The notes under the pieces: model-generated
What the model saw: only the letters and a program-made list of their open reading frames with translations
The model's database searches: none
What the model was told of the DNA's origin: nothing
Shown: piece after piece, positions 24,650 through 37,245 of the stretch
Numbering within the stretch: the first letter of the stretch is position 1
Layout of the letters: the number at the start of each line of letters is the position of its first letter
Program-made: the position numbers and the translations under genes
Assembly (NCBI GenBank): GCA_003427395.1
Contig: BFEA01000024.1
Location: forward strand, 4,788,502 to 4,852,501
Length of the DNA stretch: 64,000 nt
Source of the DNA: Chara braunii
Taxonomy: Eukaryota > Plantae > Charophyceae
Direction of reading: 5' to 3'

Positions 24650-27600
24650 AGATCTCGCAGTCACGAATATTCATTTGTTCTGAGTGAGGAGCTAAACATG
24701 CTCCCACACAGCCTGAAAAGGTTGTTCTTCTGCCTTTTGTTCCTACGAGGTTTTTGCCTCGTTTTCACTTTGTTTCATTTTTTTCTTTTATAGGATGTCG
24801 TTGGCATAAGCCAACGGCTACAACAGTCATTACCACGCCTTGCTGGCGCCTTCCCCCGTCCCATCCAATGAGCGGACCTGAGTTCGATTCCCGTAGGGGA
24901 ATCGAAAAACAATTGGGCCATTTGTCGATTTATGAGTGTCATCCTTCGCGCAGAGACCATGTTGTATCTGAGCGACCGTTTCGACCGTGAGATCTAAAGA
25001 TCTCGCGGCCGAAAAGAGCCTCGCTTCATGCTTGCACGGTGGGACGCTCCCAAAATGGAGCTAGCCCAGACAGCGTATCGCCGGGCTCGATCCCAGCATC
25101 TGTTGGGTGAAGGTTCAATGCGGTAACTACTCGGCCTATCACGGAAGGTATCCTGTCGCCCTTCTATTTGAAGGGTTGCAGCCCAGTAGGCCGCCTATTC
25201 TTTGGCCTAGGCAGGCGCAGTCATGCCTTCCCCTGGCCTGGGCAGATGCAGTCCGCCTATCCCCTCCAAAGGCAGGTCACCTTGCCATCCTGCCAACCGG
25301 GCTTGGTCCAGTAGGCCCAACAATCCCCCTTTTGTCATAGGCTTGCCCTCGGACCCTTAACAGTCCGTCCTTTTAGAAAACACACCGCACTCTGGCTGTG
25401 TTAGCCCTTCTCACCGTCGGTGCACCCCTGGCGCTGTCGGTGCGAATACCCTTACAAGGGTATCCGCCATGGTTTTTGCAAGCGATAGAAGATAAGTTTG
25501 GTTAAAAGTTTAAGTATACCGTTGTCGGTGCGAATACCCTTACAAGGGTATCCGCCCTGGTTTCTGCAAGTGACATAAGGGTCGTCTGTTCACACTTCTT
25601 TGAGTGCTCGCACTGGTCAGAATGGTCGTCTGCGTATGGGCCAAAGTTATCTAAGTAGATAGGGTGGGTGGGCACACAGCTTAAGGCGCGCGTGTGATTT
25701 TGCTCTTTTGATCGTATGTCGGCATAGATGTCCGACTTGACTTTGCATTTTTGATTAGACCAAGGGTTGGTAGATTGGCCCTCGTTCGTCGTGCTCGACC
25801 GGCGGCAGGGCTGGTATGTGGGATGGTACGTGGGGCGGCATGAATACTTGGCGGTCGCACGCTTGGTTGTAGGAGGAGGTGAGGCTCCAGGCATGTCCCC
25901 AGCATTAAGCACGGGACCGCACCATCTCATATGGGGCTCAACGCCTGTTAATCCCAGGCTTGGGCTTAGCCCTATAGGTTGCGGCATTGGACTTGTGATA
26001 TGGAGGTGTGGGGGTCGAGGCCAACGGGCGACGGCGCGGGAGTAGCGGAGCAGCATGGAGGAAACCAAGGGGTTGAGGGCCCGACAGGGCTATCCCCCTC
26101 GGTTTTGTTGATAGGCACGGCGAAGGGGCCGACCTACGAGACTGGCGAGATGCCAGTAGCTCACTCCTATAAGACCAAATTTTATATTGTTACTTTTTAT
26201 TATTATTTCCTTGTTTTGGTAATAATCCCGTTCTCCTTGGGGCATAGTACCGTGACTGGGGTTGGTACCTGAGAGCCTGGCTCAGTAGAGGCATCCATAA
26301 ACCGTTGGAATATAGGCTGAGTTCGGGCCCACGGGAGGGAATTACGGTGGAACAAAGGCCCGACACTCAGGTGTGCCAAAAGGGGGGGCCGTCATTATCC
26401 ATCCAGTCGGCCCGGTTCAAGGCCCGAATGGCCTTTGGCAGTTCCGACTTTTGGCACACCTTTCACGTATGCCATTCTCTGTACCGTTCCAACTTTCACG
26501 GTGAGCTATTTCGGACGTGGGGCACTGGCGGTACAAGGCCCGAACAAAGGCCCGACACTCAAGTGTGCCAAAAGGGAAAGTTCCGACTTTTGGCACACCT
26601 TTGGCAGTTCTCCTTCGTCGTAAAGTCCGACCGGGGTGAGCTATTTCGGACGTGGGGCACTAGTTCGGTTGAGAACAATACAGAGAGGAGGAAGACGGGG
26701 AGTAAGGTGAGGACGAAGTGATGAAGAAGAAGGGTGAGAGGACATAACTCACTCATTTTTTAACAGGTTTGAGTGAGGGAAGAGGCAGTTCCGGGGTTCT
26801 GGCGCGCTGCTGAGAGGTTGGTCGCGACAGATTGTCGATCCAGGCAACATTTCGGTTGGTACTGGCTACGGGCGCTGCGCGGCCCCTAAGAGAGGTCTCG
26901 GGATATGGCGATGTATCTTTCCATGTTCAGGTGGTAGGTTTATTTAGTTTCGCTCGTACTACAAGTGGGAGTAACGGAAGGATAGTCGTGGGGTTAGAGA
27001 TTACTTGTGGGCCGGTGCGTTGCTCGTACCTGCGACCAAAGTAGTCTCCACCTGTCTCGCTACGTGAATGGCTGGAAAGTAGCGTATATTTCCATACTGC
27101 GGTGGGAGATTCATGCCAACTTTTGCTCACCTGGTCGATGGGAGTAGCAACTCTCTCCCCTTGGCGCACGCGAAGACTTCCACGTCTAACAGCCCTTCAT
27201 TCGTACTCGCGCTGGGATTAGAAGAGGAAGGAAGGGGAGATAGGTGCTGACTGATGTTGGGGCCACCTACACTGCTCCTCCGAAGGTGATCGACTGTCGA
27301 CCCAGTCGCGGTTCCGACTGTGTTCGTCGCAGCAACAGAGGTTGAAGAGCGTATCGGGCAGATGAGTACGTGCAGGCCAGCAGGGGAGCGGGCATGAAAG
27401 CTGCAAACGGGTACATGTGCAAGAGGAAGAGAGAGAGGAAGGCATGACCATGGTTACGGTAGGTGTATGTGAAAAGTTGCAGGTACATACTTGCGACCGG
27501 GCATATCGGGCGTGAAAGTACTTTGACAGGTTATGGCAAGAGGGGTGAGGATGATGACGTGAGAATAGTTTAGACGGGGGGGGTTTATAAGATCATTAGT

Positions 27601-28494
27601 CGTCATGCACTTTGATCGTTGTTGCCGATGCTAGAAGGGTGCATTGTCAATTTGAAGGCTGTTGGTAATGGTGCAGTAGCAGTGGTAGTAGTCTGAGGCG
27701 CTGGACACAAAGTAGGAGAGCTCTGGGTACATACGTCTGTGGTAGCGAGAGTGCACCTTCATTGACATTCAGATTCAGTGCGTTGGCGCTTTGTGGGCCA
27801 GACATCAGTGCATTTCTGGCATGTGAGCGGCTTCAGGGCTGCTGGTTTTCAACGAGGATTTGCGTTTTGGAGGGAGACAGAGCAGACCTACCTGTTGATC
27901 AGTGACGCCGTGTGCTGTCGAACGGAGCAGCACAAGGCCAGTCGCGGAGGTGCAGATTGGGCAGTTGGCTAAAGTGCGGTTCGATCATACCAAGGAGAGT
28001 AGTACGAAGCTGCCACGAGGCTGTGTATTTGCCTGCAGAAGTGAAGCATTGCGCAGTCTGTTTTACGGTGGTTAAAGGCAGCAACGGGGCTGCAGACTTA
28101 TCTGATTAACCGAGGTGCCGCTCATTCTGCGGCGCGGGGTAACGAGCAGAGAGGAGCAGGCTATGAAGCGGCAGCCTTTAGTGTTGCTCCCATGCTGGAG
28201 TCCAGGCCACCCCATTTGCTGTAGGCTCCACAGTTCTGCCTCGACTGCGGTGCTACGGCAGCGATTGCTGAGACTACCACGGGCTACTGCGCTGCCTTGC
28301 GTACGGCTGTTCGTCGCCGTGTGACTACAGATTGACCGGCGGTCCGCAGGTTGGCACGTGCATACGTTGCGGTTGCTGCTACCGAGAGTGGTTAGTGTTG
28401 CTGTTGCTAGGGGTGGAGGTGTGATGTGGAAGGTGAGGTTGAACTGCCAGGGAGGTGTTGTGGCGAAGTGGTTGAGTCAACAGTCTAACTGAAG

Positions 28495-28790
28495 TTTGGC
28501 CAAGCAGTTGCTGTGTTTTGGCCGTCATTGCGGGGGCCTCAGGCGCTGAAGATATCAAGACCCTCTCTTGCGAGTCTGAGTGCACCCCTCTTGGATCTGA
28601 GAGTCTCAATTCTATCTCCTTCTGCCCTTCTTACTCTGACTCTAGTCCATTGGTTCTGAGAGGAAGGCGGCACGAGGGATTGCAACCCGTAATCCGCGCT
28701 AAGGCCTCTGTGGGAGGATTGCCCCAACGATTGCGGGAACTCTGCCGGAACTCAGGAGGAGTTCTAGAGGCAGGGAACTCAGAGGTAATT
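28495..28790 (+). ncRNA. Conserved structured block, copy 1
   Basis: Homologous to 32610-32910 and 37990-38280, with compensatory stem changes. Confidence 0.55.
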
Positions 28791-29046
28791 ATTGCTTTGC
28801 CTTATAAGCCCAGTATAACCCCTACCTATACGTCTCCCCATGTATTGGCTGAATATGTTGTATGCGGCCCTACTTTGACTTTGAGCTGACTTTCATGACA
28901 CAAATTAGGCTAAGTAAACAAATGCATGTATGATGGCAATTCCAGTTTCTTTGTTTGTCTGAAAGCAGATTGTAATAAAGGGTTGCATCAGGGGGAAGGT
29001 TGGGAGGAAGAGAGTTTTGCTTGTGTCTGAACGGGTTTCATAGGGT

Positions 29047-29865
29047 GGCATCGTTTATAAGATGAACGGCCTGACTGCTGTGTTATTTTTGTTTTTTGAA
29101 GGACCAAGCATTGTTTCTAAGATTAATGGCTTGGTTGCTGTGTTTATTTAATTGTGCCAGGCATTGTTTCTAAGATGAATGACCTGGCTACTTACTTTGA
29201 GGGGTATTAATTGCTTAAGTTTTGAGGACCAGACAATGTTTCTAAGACGAATGGTCTGGTTGCTGTTTACTTTGGGTGGTTTTTGAATAATCTCTGGGTC
29301 TTGACCCAGAGTACTCTGTTTTTTTGTGTATTGAGAAAAGGTGGGTTGAGCATTGTTTCTAAGACGAATGGCTCAACTCTCCTTGGTTGTTTCATTCTGA
29401 GGAAGGTTCAGGCCAAAGGACTAGACATCGTTTCTAAGACGAATGGTATGAGTCTGAGGCCAAAGGACTATAATGAGAACAAAGGAATATGATTCTCGAT
29501 AAATTATATATATATATATATGAGAACAAGGCTAGCCAGACATTGTTTCTACGACGAATGGTCTGACTATAACCTTATCACAAACTAAGAGAGTATAATT
29601 AAGAGTTATAACTGAAGGTAACTTGGGCAGGCTGAGCATTGTTTCTAAGACGAATGGCTCAGCCCTACGCCCACTTTCGAAGATTGAGTTCAAAGAAGTA
29701 TATACAACTTGGCTATTTAAACAGTTCAGGGCGACTAAGCATTGTTTCTAAGACAAATGACTTAGTCATATGCCCAATGAAGAAAAAAGTAGTTGTGCAA
29801 CTTGTTCGTGTATAACTAAGGCAGAGAGTTGACATTGTTTCTAAGACGAATGGTGAATCTCAATG
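29047..29865 (+). repeat. Interspaced stem-loop array 1 (10 units; loop GTTTCTAAGACG/GATG)
   Basis: Units start at about 29047, 29103, 29156, 29228, 29345, 29419, 29533, 29625, 29729 and 29824. Confidence 0.95.
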
Positions 29866-30179
29866 TCCTATGTAAGCAGGGTATAAGGGGTTAAATCATT
29901 GAAGGACTATGAACTATTGTTGCTCAAGGTAATTTGGGTTGGTGAGAGTACTTACCCTTGTGGTTTGGCTTGCATATGGCTGAATGAGGTCACTAATTGA
30001 TGTGCTTACCAATGGCTTGTGTGCCGGTCGGATTTTTGCTTTTGATTAGTCTAGGAGTAAGAAGATTTTTGTCTACTAATTGATGTGCTTACCAATGGCT
30101 TGTGTGTACGTGCGGTGGGTGCGGCACTAGAACCGCAGTGGTCAATGTGCAAGTGAGCCGTTGTGTGACTTAGCCTTAG

Positions 30180-30286
30180 GACGGGTGGGAAACCCCGGGG
30201 CATGGGTCCCCGGTAGGAGCACCGCCCGTCCGTTGTAGTCGGTTGCAAGAGGTTTGAGTGTGAGCCTGCCCGATTGGACCTGAAAC
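30180..30286 (+). pseudogene. LSU rRNA fragment (D3 region)
   Basis: 'gcaccgcccgtccg..ggtttgagtgtgagcctgcccgattggacctgaaa' versus GCACCGCCGACCG..GGTTCGAGTGTGAGCATGCCTGTCGGGACCCGAAA. Confidence 0.6.
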
Positions 30287-32609
30287 GGGGGGGCGAGTGC
30301 GCTAGGGTAGGGGCTGCCCACTTGAACCCCCGCCCCCCCCCCCCTAAATATCGGACTTCAGAGCTTTATTTTGAATGTTTGCTACCACTGACAAGACCTA
30401 CACCAAGACCCGTTTCGCCTAGGCGCATGCTACAGGATCGGGGGAAACCCGCGCCCTCGATCCCTCGATCTGCAACCTGTGTGGGAGCCGGCCCGCAGGA
30501 AATTCGAAGAGTGGGAATTGGGCCTTAGTGATGTGGGGTTAGGGGCAACTCAAGGCAGAGGTCGAAGGCAATACGGTCATGCAAGTCATTCGACGAAGCA
30601 GGGTATAGGATCGAGAGACTAGTCGAACAGTCCGGTCCCCTCCGGAGATTTTTGTTGAACTGTTGATGTCTACACTGCGGAGCGGGAAGCGTTGTTGCCA
30701 CGAACACGAAAATGGTGGAGCCGATGATGGCGGGAGGTAGACTGGGCGTCGTGAAAAAGGCGTAGCTCGCTCGACTCCTACTGAAAACGGTCGGGGGAAG
30801 AGGCGATTTGGAGGCTTAAAGCTAAAGCGAATTGAATGGCAGGGTTAGAACGGCAGGAGAATCAGTAGAAAGAGAGTTAGTGAAGAAACGAAATGCGCGA
30901 AAAAGGTTCAAAGAGGAGGATATTGTGTGGGAGGAAAGACGGGTCTCCTTCCAGTTCTGAGTTAGTTGAGAGAGGGGAGAGCTAGAGATAGGGGTTTTCA
31001 AGGGTTGCGAACTCAACGGTAGTGTTAGATCTAGAGTTTAGTTGTCTAGTTTTGAGCAGTGCTAATAACGAGTTGCGTGCAGGAGGACCGGTTTCGGAGC
31101 GAGACGCATACTATCGTATTATTTGTGGAAGATTCATTCTTATTTTCACTTACCTTGTCAAATGTTCACCCTATCGACGGAAAACTCCCTCTCTTCCACG
31201 CATATACTCACGCACGCGTGTATATTTCTGTGTTTTAATAGTAGGTCTGTTCGATTTGACCCACCTACTTGCTGGTAGAAAGCAGTGTATGGTTCCTTGT
31301 TTTAGCGGTAGGTTCATCGATTCTTATTCGTTTTGTGGACAAGAGTAGTGTGAGAATCGTTGTGGGGTTGAAGACTACCTATTTAGTGGTGCAAAGCTCG
31401 TACTATCGATGGGAGTAACGTGAAGACCTGCTGGTGGTTTGTTGTTCGTCTCAATCGTACCAATGGTCTGAGTGCTCGCTACTGATGAGCTTCTTCTGAT
31501 GATGCTTTTCGCGGCAGGCATTATCGCACTGGAGCGAGAGTGTGCGATAGCACTCGGTTTTGCTGAGTTACTTTGGGATCACCTACGCATCTGCGAGATT
31601 GCAACCCGATTTGATATGCATGGAGTATAGGCATCAGGCGGGGGAGGGTACTGGCGAAGAGCAGGTGGACCAGACACAGTATACCTTCCACGTTCGTGCG
31701 TCCTGACTCGATCGACTTATCGATAGGACGAACGTAAGGTGGGCTGCGGGGATTAGAGGCTCACCTGTTATCTAGGGTGCTGCCCAACGCACCGTATGAA
31801 GCAGTTGTAAAGCCAGTCGGCATGGTGCTCTCTCATTAAGCAGGGCAACAAGGGAAGGAGGCTGCGAGGCCGCAACCTTACTAACTGGTCAATACGTCGT
31901 ATAACCGGTCAAATCGAAAGGGCTTGAGGCCAGTTACGAGTTGGAAGCTTACCTGTGGGGCAGTGTACAGCCCGCCCCGTCATGCGAAGTACTAAGAGCC
32001 AGCCACTGGGGTACAAGCTTGCTGGTTAGCGACTGCGCAACTCGTTCTCCTACATAGGACTGCAAAAGAGAGGGAGTGAGCTGTAAGACTGAAGACTTAC
32101 CTGCTCACTGATGCGCTACCCGAACTGAGGAAATTGCAGGCCCTGCTGCTGACCAATGGACCACCTATCGCATTAGTCGAAGTGGTAAGGAGAGTCAGCC
32201 ACGGGTTGAAGACTTACCTCCCGACCACGTGTTGCCCATTGAGCCAGTGACAGTGAACTAAGATCAACCGTGAAGTTGTCGAATTTGCAGATTAACTGGT
32301 GCGTTGCCCTTCATACCACCCGGAGTAGTGTGAGTCCAGCCATGAACTGAGTACTTGTTATAGCTTGGTGAGGGCTACATAGCCCATATCTACGCACACT
32401 TTGATGCTGCAAAGCCAGCGAGATCACACTACCACTCTGATGCGGCGTGAGAGAGAGGGTTGTGTCTTCGGCCCATGGCCCGTGGCTCGAGCGGTGGCCA
32501 GGGTCTTTCCGGACCACAAACTTTTGTGGGGGGGGGCTGAACTTGTTGAAGGGGAATATTGTTGCGGATTGGAAGGTCACCAGGGAAGTCAACAGTTAGC
32601 AGTTGTGTT

Positions 32610-32910
32610 TAGTTGACCAAGCTGCAACTGCGTCACAGTTCTGGCGACCATTGCGGGGGCCTCAGGCGTATCAAGGAATCAAGGCCCTTTCATGCGAGTT
32701 TGAAAGCACCTTTCATGAATCTGAGAGTCTCAAACCTATCTCCTTCTGCTCTTTTGACTCTAAGTCTAATCCTGGTTACGAGAGGAAGGCGGCAGGCGGG
32801 ATTGCAACCCGTAGGACCACATCGAGACTCTGTGGGGAGTCCACCCACGGATTGCAAGATCTCTGCCAGAACTTGGGCGAGGTTCTAGAGGCAGGGAACT
32901 GACAGGTATA
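32610..32910 (+). ncRNA. Conserved structured block, copy 2
   Basis: As for copy 1. Confidence 0.55.
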
Positions 32911-33154
32911 TCGTTCTCTAGCAGTATGAAGCCCCTATACCCCTGTTTGACTATCTCCCTGTAGTTTGATTGATTGTATGCATGTGTTCCCCTATGATTT
33001 TGCTTTCTTTCGAGATTTAATCAGACTAAATAGAAGGAATGTGTGCGAAAAGCTTAAGTTTCTTATTTATTTTTGACTGAAAGTAGACTAAGGGATGAAC
33101 TGAGAAAGTGGGAGGAAGACAGTTTGCTTTCGTTTGATCGAGTCAACCAAGAAC

Positions 33155-33920
33155 TGGGCATTGTTTCTAAGCTGAATGACCCAACACTATATTTATTTGA
33201 CTGTTTTTCTGAAAGACCAGACATTGTTTCTAAGTTGAATGACCTGGTTGCTGTGTTTAATTCTGAGGGTTCACCTGGCTGATCTTTGAGACCAAGCATT
33301 GTTTCGAAGTGAATGGCTTGGTCTGTCTGTTTCTTTTGGGATTTCTGACTGAAGTTGGACTAAAGAATCCAACTTCATGCTTTGAATGGTTTGAGAAAGG
33401 TTTAACATTGTTTCTAAGCTCCATGGTTTAATCTTTTGTTTTATTTTTGAGGGAGGATTTTTTGTCTAAGGCTAAGCATTGTTTCTAAGTTGAATGGTTT
33501 AACCTAAAAACCACGCACACAAGTATAAATTGCGTATAACAGGAAGTATCTTTACTTATATTTGCATCTGAACTGGCAGTTGGACATTGTTTCTAAGTTG
33601 AATAGTCCAACACGAAGCCATATCATTAAGAAGAGAAAGAAAAATACTGAGTATAATTGGAAGTAATCTAGGCAAGCTGAGCATTGTTTCCAAGCTGAAT
33701 GGCTCAGTCCCCTGCCCATATTTTTATTTATTTTGAAAACAAAGTCAGGAAATTATTAAATTTTGGTTATTAAAATTTTCAGGGCGACTAGACATTGTTT
33801 CTAAGCTAAATGGTCTAGTCATATGCCCAAAGAATAGAAAAGTAGGTATGCAATCTGTTCGTTTATATTCTAAGGGCATGCAAGACATTGTTTCTAAGAT
33901 GAATGGTCTAGCTCCATGCC
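33155..33920 (+). repeat. Interspaced stem-loop array 2 (9 units; loop GTTTCTAAGYTG)
   Basis: Units start at about 33155, 33216, 33289, 33399, 33469, 33579, 33671, 33782 and 33875. Confidence 0.95.
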
Positions 33921-34199
33921 ATATGTAAGTTGGGTATAAGAATTAAATCATCTGCAAGTTCCATGAACTATCTATGAGGATTTTTACTTGGGGATGGTGA
34001 GATAACTTACCCTTATGGTTTGACCTGCATGTGACTGAGTTTGATTATTTAATTAGTCCGAGTTTCAGTTAGATAGGAAGTTGCTTTAGATGCTCACCAC
34101 GTGCTAGAGCGATAGCAGTTAGTTCAATTTCTGCATTTTCTGAGCTAAGTTTATTTAGGTCGATTTCTGCATTTTTTTGGAGAATTTATTATACTTGGT

Positions 34200-34506
34200 C
34201 TTGTATAAATCTTGGTAAGCCACTTTCTCTACGGGAAGCGCTGCCGAAATTTTTACAAAACTAAGGAGTTAGTTAGATTTTGTCTTTTCAAAGTTAAGCT
34301 TGTCTAACTTTTATACATCGTTTAGTAAAAATCTAAAAAGTCTTTTTTTCTAAAAAGAGTGTTGCCCAAATTTTTACTAATTCAAGGAGTCAGACAAAAT
34401 TGGAGCTTGAGAAGTCAAAGTTATTTCTAGATTTTTGAACTTAGCTATGTATAAATCTTGGAATAACACTTTTCTAAAAGAAGTGCTGCCGAAATTTTTA
34501 CAAAAC
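34200..34506 (+). repeat. About 125-bp tandem repeat, 3 units
   Basis: Core 'gtataaatcttgg..ttttcta..gtgctgcc.aaatttt'. Confidence 0.85.
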
Positions 34507-35402
34507 CGTCTCCACCGAACCGACAAAGTACCCACCCGTAGAAACTGTCCACCATGGGTCGATCATAGTACCGATGTCGGTGCGAATACCCTGACAAGGG
34601 TATCCGCCCTGGTTTTTGCAAGTGACAGAAAAATAGTTTTAATCTATAGTTTAGGTATACCGCGCTAGGCACGACTGCGTCTGTATTTTACGTTGATAGG
34701 ATGCTTGACTAGAGTAGAGAGTGTGTGGGCGCGCAGGTTTAAGGCACGCGTGATTCTTTTCTGCTGTCGATNATTGGTCGTTTGTTTAATANTATTATTA
34801 ATATCTACTTATATTTGANTAAGCAGGAAACAGGGATATTTTCGGTTGATTGGTACGCTTGATTAAGGCGAGAGCGCGTGCGGGGGGGGAAACCAAATAC
34901 GNCATCGGCAATAGGGGCGCGATTTTGTACGGTGAGCAGGATGTCGTAGGATGGCGCGCGGGGCAATTATGGCATGATATAAACAAGTCAACGCGGGCAC
35001 TGGGAGCCGCGCAGCNGGTTTGTTGGCCCAAAGCATCGCGCCGCACTGCCTACATGGTATTCTGCGGGATTCAGCCCCAGGCTTGGGCTTAGCCCATAAG
35101 TTACGGCATTGGGTTGACGTTACGAAGGTTTGGGGATCGAGGCCAGCAGGCGTCGGCGGGGCAACTGCAGGGGAGCGTCGCGGAAGGGACCGACAGGGTT
35201 GAGGGCCGTCAGGGCTATCCCCCTCGGGTTTGCTTACGGGCGCGGCGGCAGGGCCGACCCGCGGCGATAGAGTCACATGGGGTGTGTTGTATTCGCGGGG
35301 GTTGCCTGAAGTGCAATTACAGACCATTTTTCGTGGCTGCGTCGGAGTCGCGCCTCGTCTTGTCTNGGGACGCGGCGCGGTGGGTGTGCGGCAGGCCCTA
35401 AG

Positions 35403-35462
35403 GGCCTAGCTCAGTGGGTACGCCCATGAACTGGTGGGATACAGACCCGTGTTCGAACCCGG
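35403..35462 (+). promoter_or_regulatory. tRNA-like Pol III internal promoter (A and B boxes)
   Basis: TAGCTCAGTGG (35406-35416) and TGTTCGAACCC (about 35449-35460) at tRNA-like spacing; no complete cloverleaf. Confidence 0.55.
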
Positions 35463-35530
35463 AATGACGAAACTTGATAAGTAAAACCAAATATTTTAAA
35501 TTGTCGGGGGCTGGTTAGCCCGGGGACCGT

Positions 35531-35644
35531 GTCCTTCGGGACATTCGTCAAAAATTGGAAAGATACAGAGAAGTTTAACATGGCCTCTGCGTGAGGATAA
35601 CGCGCACAAATCAGGACGAGGTCCGACGGCTGGATGTTTTTTTT
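35531..35644 (+). pseudogene. Near full-length divergent U6 snRNA copy
   Basis: GTCCTTCGGGAC 5' stem, AAATTGGAA.GATACAGAGAAG, ATGGCC.CTGCG..AGGAT.AC, CACAAATC..GGTCC, then T8. The catalytic AGC reads AAC. Confidence 0.9.
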
Positions 35645-35851
35645 CTGAGTCTTGACATTTACGTGCCGTCGGGCCGACACTGCGCGGTATAGGGCGAACG
35701 GAGTAACAAGGATTGTCGGGTAATGAGACCAGGCCATTGCGGGTGTCGGGCGCTGCGCTAACAGTAGGAGGGGAGGGCAGGCAGTGCAGCACTAGAGAGA
35801 GTGAGGGAGCTTACCTGGCGGACGAACGGGGACGCGAACCTGTGTCAGGCG

Positions 35852-35959
35852 CTGTGGCAGAAGTTCGCAGCGGTGTTGCCGCGCACATCGGACTTTGGGT
35901 ATAGAGTCAAAGACTAATCGAACCGTCTAGTACCTGGTTCCCTCCGAAGGGCCCTCAGG
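35852..35959 (+). pseudogene. LSU rRNA fragment
   Basis: 'gggtatag..aaagactaatcgaaccgtctagtacctggttccctccgaag..ccctcagg'. Confidence 0.9.
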
Positions 35960-35979
35960 CGGGCGCTGGCTGGTACAAA

Positions 35980-36040
35980 GTCCTTCNGGACATTCGTAAA
36001 AATGGGAACGATACAGAGAAGATTAGCGCCGTCCGTGCGC
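35980..36040 (+). pseudogene. U6 snRNA 5' half
   Basis: gtccttcnggacattcgtaaaaatgggaacgatacagagaagattagc. Confidence 0.9.
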
Positions 36041-37245
36041 TCGCACTGGAATATAAGCCGCGGGATGGTCTGAGCCTCGCGGTTGCTCGTTTCAAGAGAC
36101 ATCTCTCCTCCACTCGGTACAGTATGGTCGGATGTACTGACGGGAAGCAGCGTTGCGGGATAGTAGAATTGGGCGTCGAGGTGGGGAGCGAAGCGACCGA
36201 TAGCNCGGGCGGACGGACCGTGGGGAAGGAAAGACGGACCTGGCGCGAATCCGCGCTGGGTACATATGAGCATTGGCAACAGAGGGAGAAGACGAAGTGC
36301 CGACAGCGGTGCGACGGGGGCAAAGGTAGGGGACCGGGCGCAAACCGGGCAAAAAAAAAAAGGGGGTTGATCCTGGCCGATGAAACGATCCAGGTGCACG
36401 CGCGGAAATGGTAGGTGGAGCGCAGGGAAGAACGGATAATTCGTGTGAAGTACAACAGGATCGGGCGGGGGAGGAGTCAGGTCTGACGTTTTGGGGTAAG
36501 ATGAGGAGGATGGCGAAGTTAGTTTTGGTGTTGGGTTAGTAGATTTAGAGGTTAGCGGAGAAAATCCGTGCGCTATAGCTATGGTAGAGATGGCGNGAGT
36601 GNNAATNGCCTAGCCCACCCGCTCCTCGACGAAAACGGGTGAACAAAGAGGCGTTTCAGGGGCTTTGGGGTGCGGCGAGTTGGATGGTGCGACCAGATTC
36701 GGCAATGAGGTTGCGAACTGTGTATGCTGTTGGTCGGAGGTTGCGCCTGGGGAGTGGCCGGTGAGTATGGAATGGATCTGACCATAGGCCAACGGTAGGT
36801 TCGTTCAACGTTTGAGTGTTTTATTGATGGAGTGAGCANGGGAGAGGGGTAGTTTCGTGAATGTACCATGAATACTTCCGCGTTTTAGTGGAAGATTCAT
36901 TCGATTNTTGCTTATTTNTAGAGGCAGTGCACGGCTGGCAGCGCCAAGGGAGACAAGACGGAGTGACAAAAGGGGTGAGTAGATGTGGATGGGGTGTCGT
37001 GCGGACACGTACGGAGTGAAGGGAAGAAAATCCTACCTACTCGGCCGNCGTTGAGCCAAAGGCTGGATGAACCCGGGCGCGTCACTGCGCCAGATTCATT
37101 CGAAGGAAGAAGTTACAGATAAGTAATGAAATAGACGAGCGGGTGGTGAGCAGATGGGCGAGGTAACAACAAGGAAGGGCCGGAGCTCGATGTGACAGCT
37201 GACGACTTACCTGCTAGCGGGTACTTTGACCCCCTACGAAGGATC

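Larger units (their letters stand above)
25430..30020 (+). mobile_element. ORF-less element, unit 2
   Basis: Start module 25430-26120 is homologous to 34570-35235; weak A/B boxes at 26278-26330; structured block; stem-loop array. Confidence 0.7.
30100..34506 (+). mobile_element. ORF-less element, unit 3 (start module missing)
   Basis: LSU remnant, AATGGTGGAGCCGA (about 30712), GGAAGATTCATTC (about 31127), structured block, array and ~125-bp tandem repeats. Confidence 0.7.

Noticed and set aside
24855-24902. tRNA gene (GAGTTCGATTCCC)
   Set aside because: B-box-like sequence only, with no A box or cloverleaf.
27981-27992. 5S rRNA start (CGATCATACCA); also U2-like CTAAGATCAA at about 32258
   Set aside because: Matches of 10-11 nt with no extension.
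31480-31520. Hammerhead ribozyme (CTGATGA occurs twice)
   Set aside because: No GAAA core or closing helices are visible.
35809-35840. U1 snRNA 5' end (CTTACCTGG)
   Set aside because: Only about 9 nt match and there is no downstream U1 structure.
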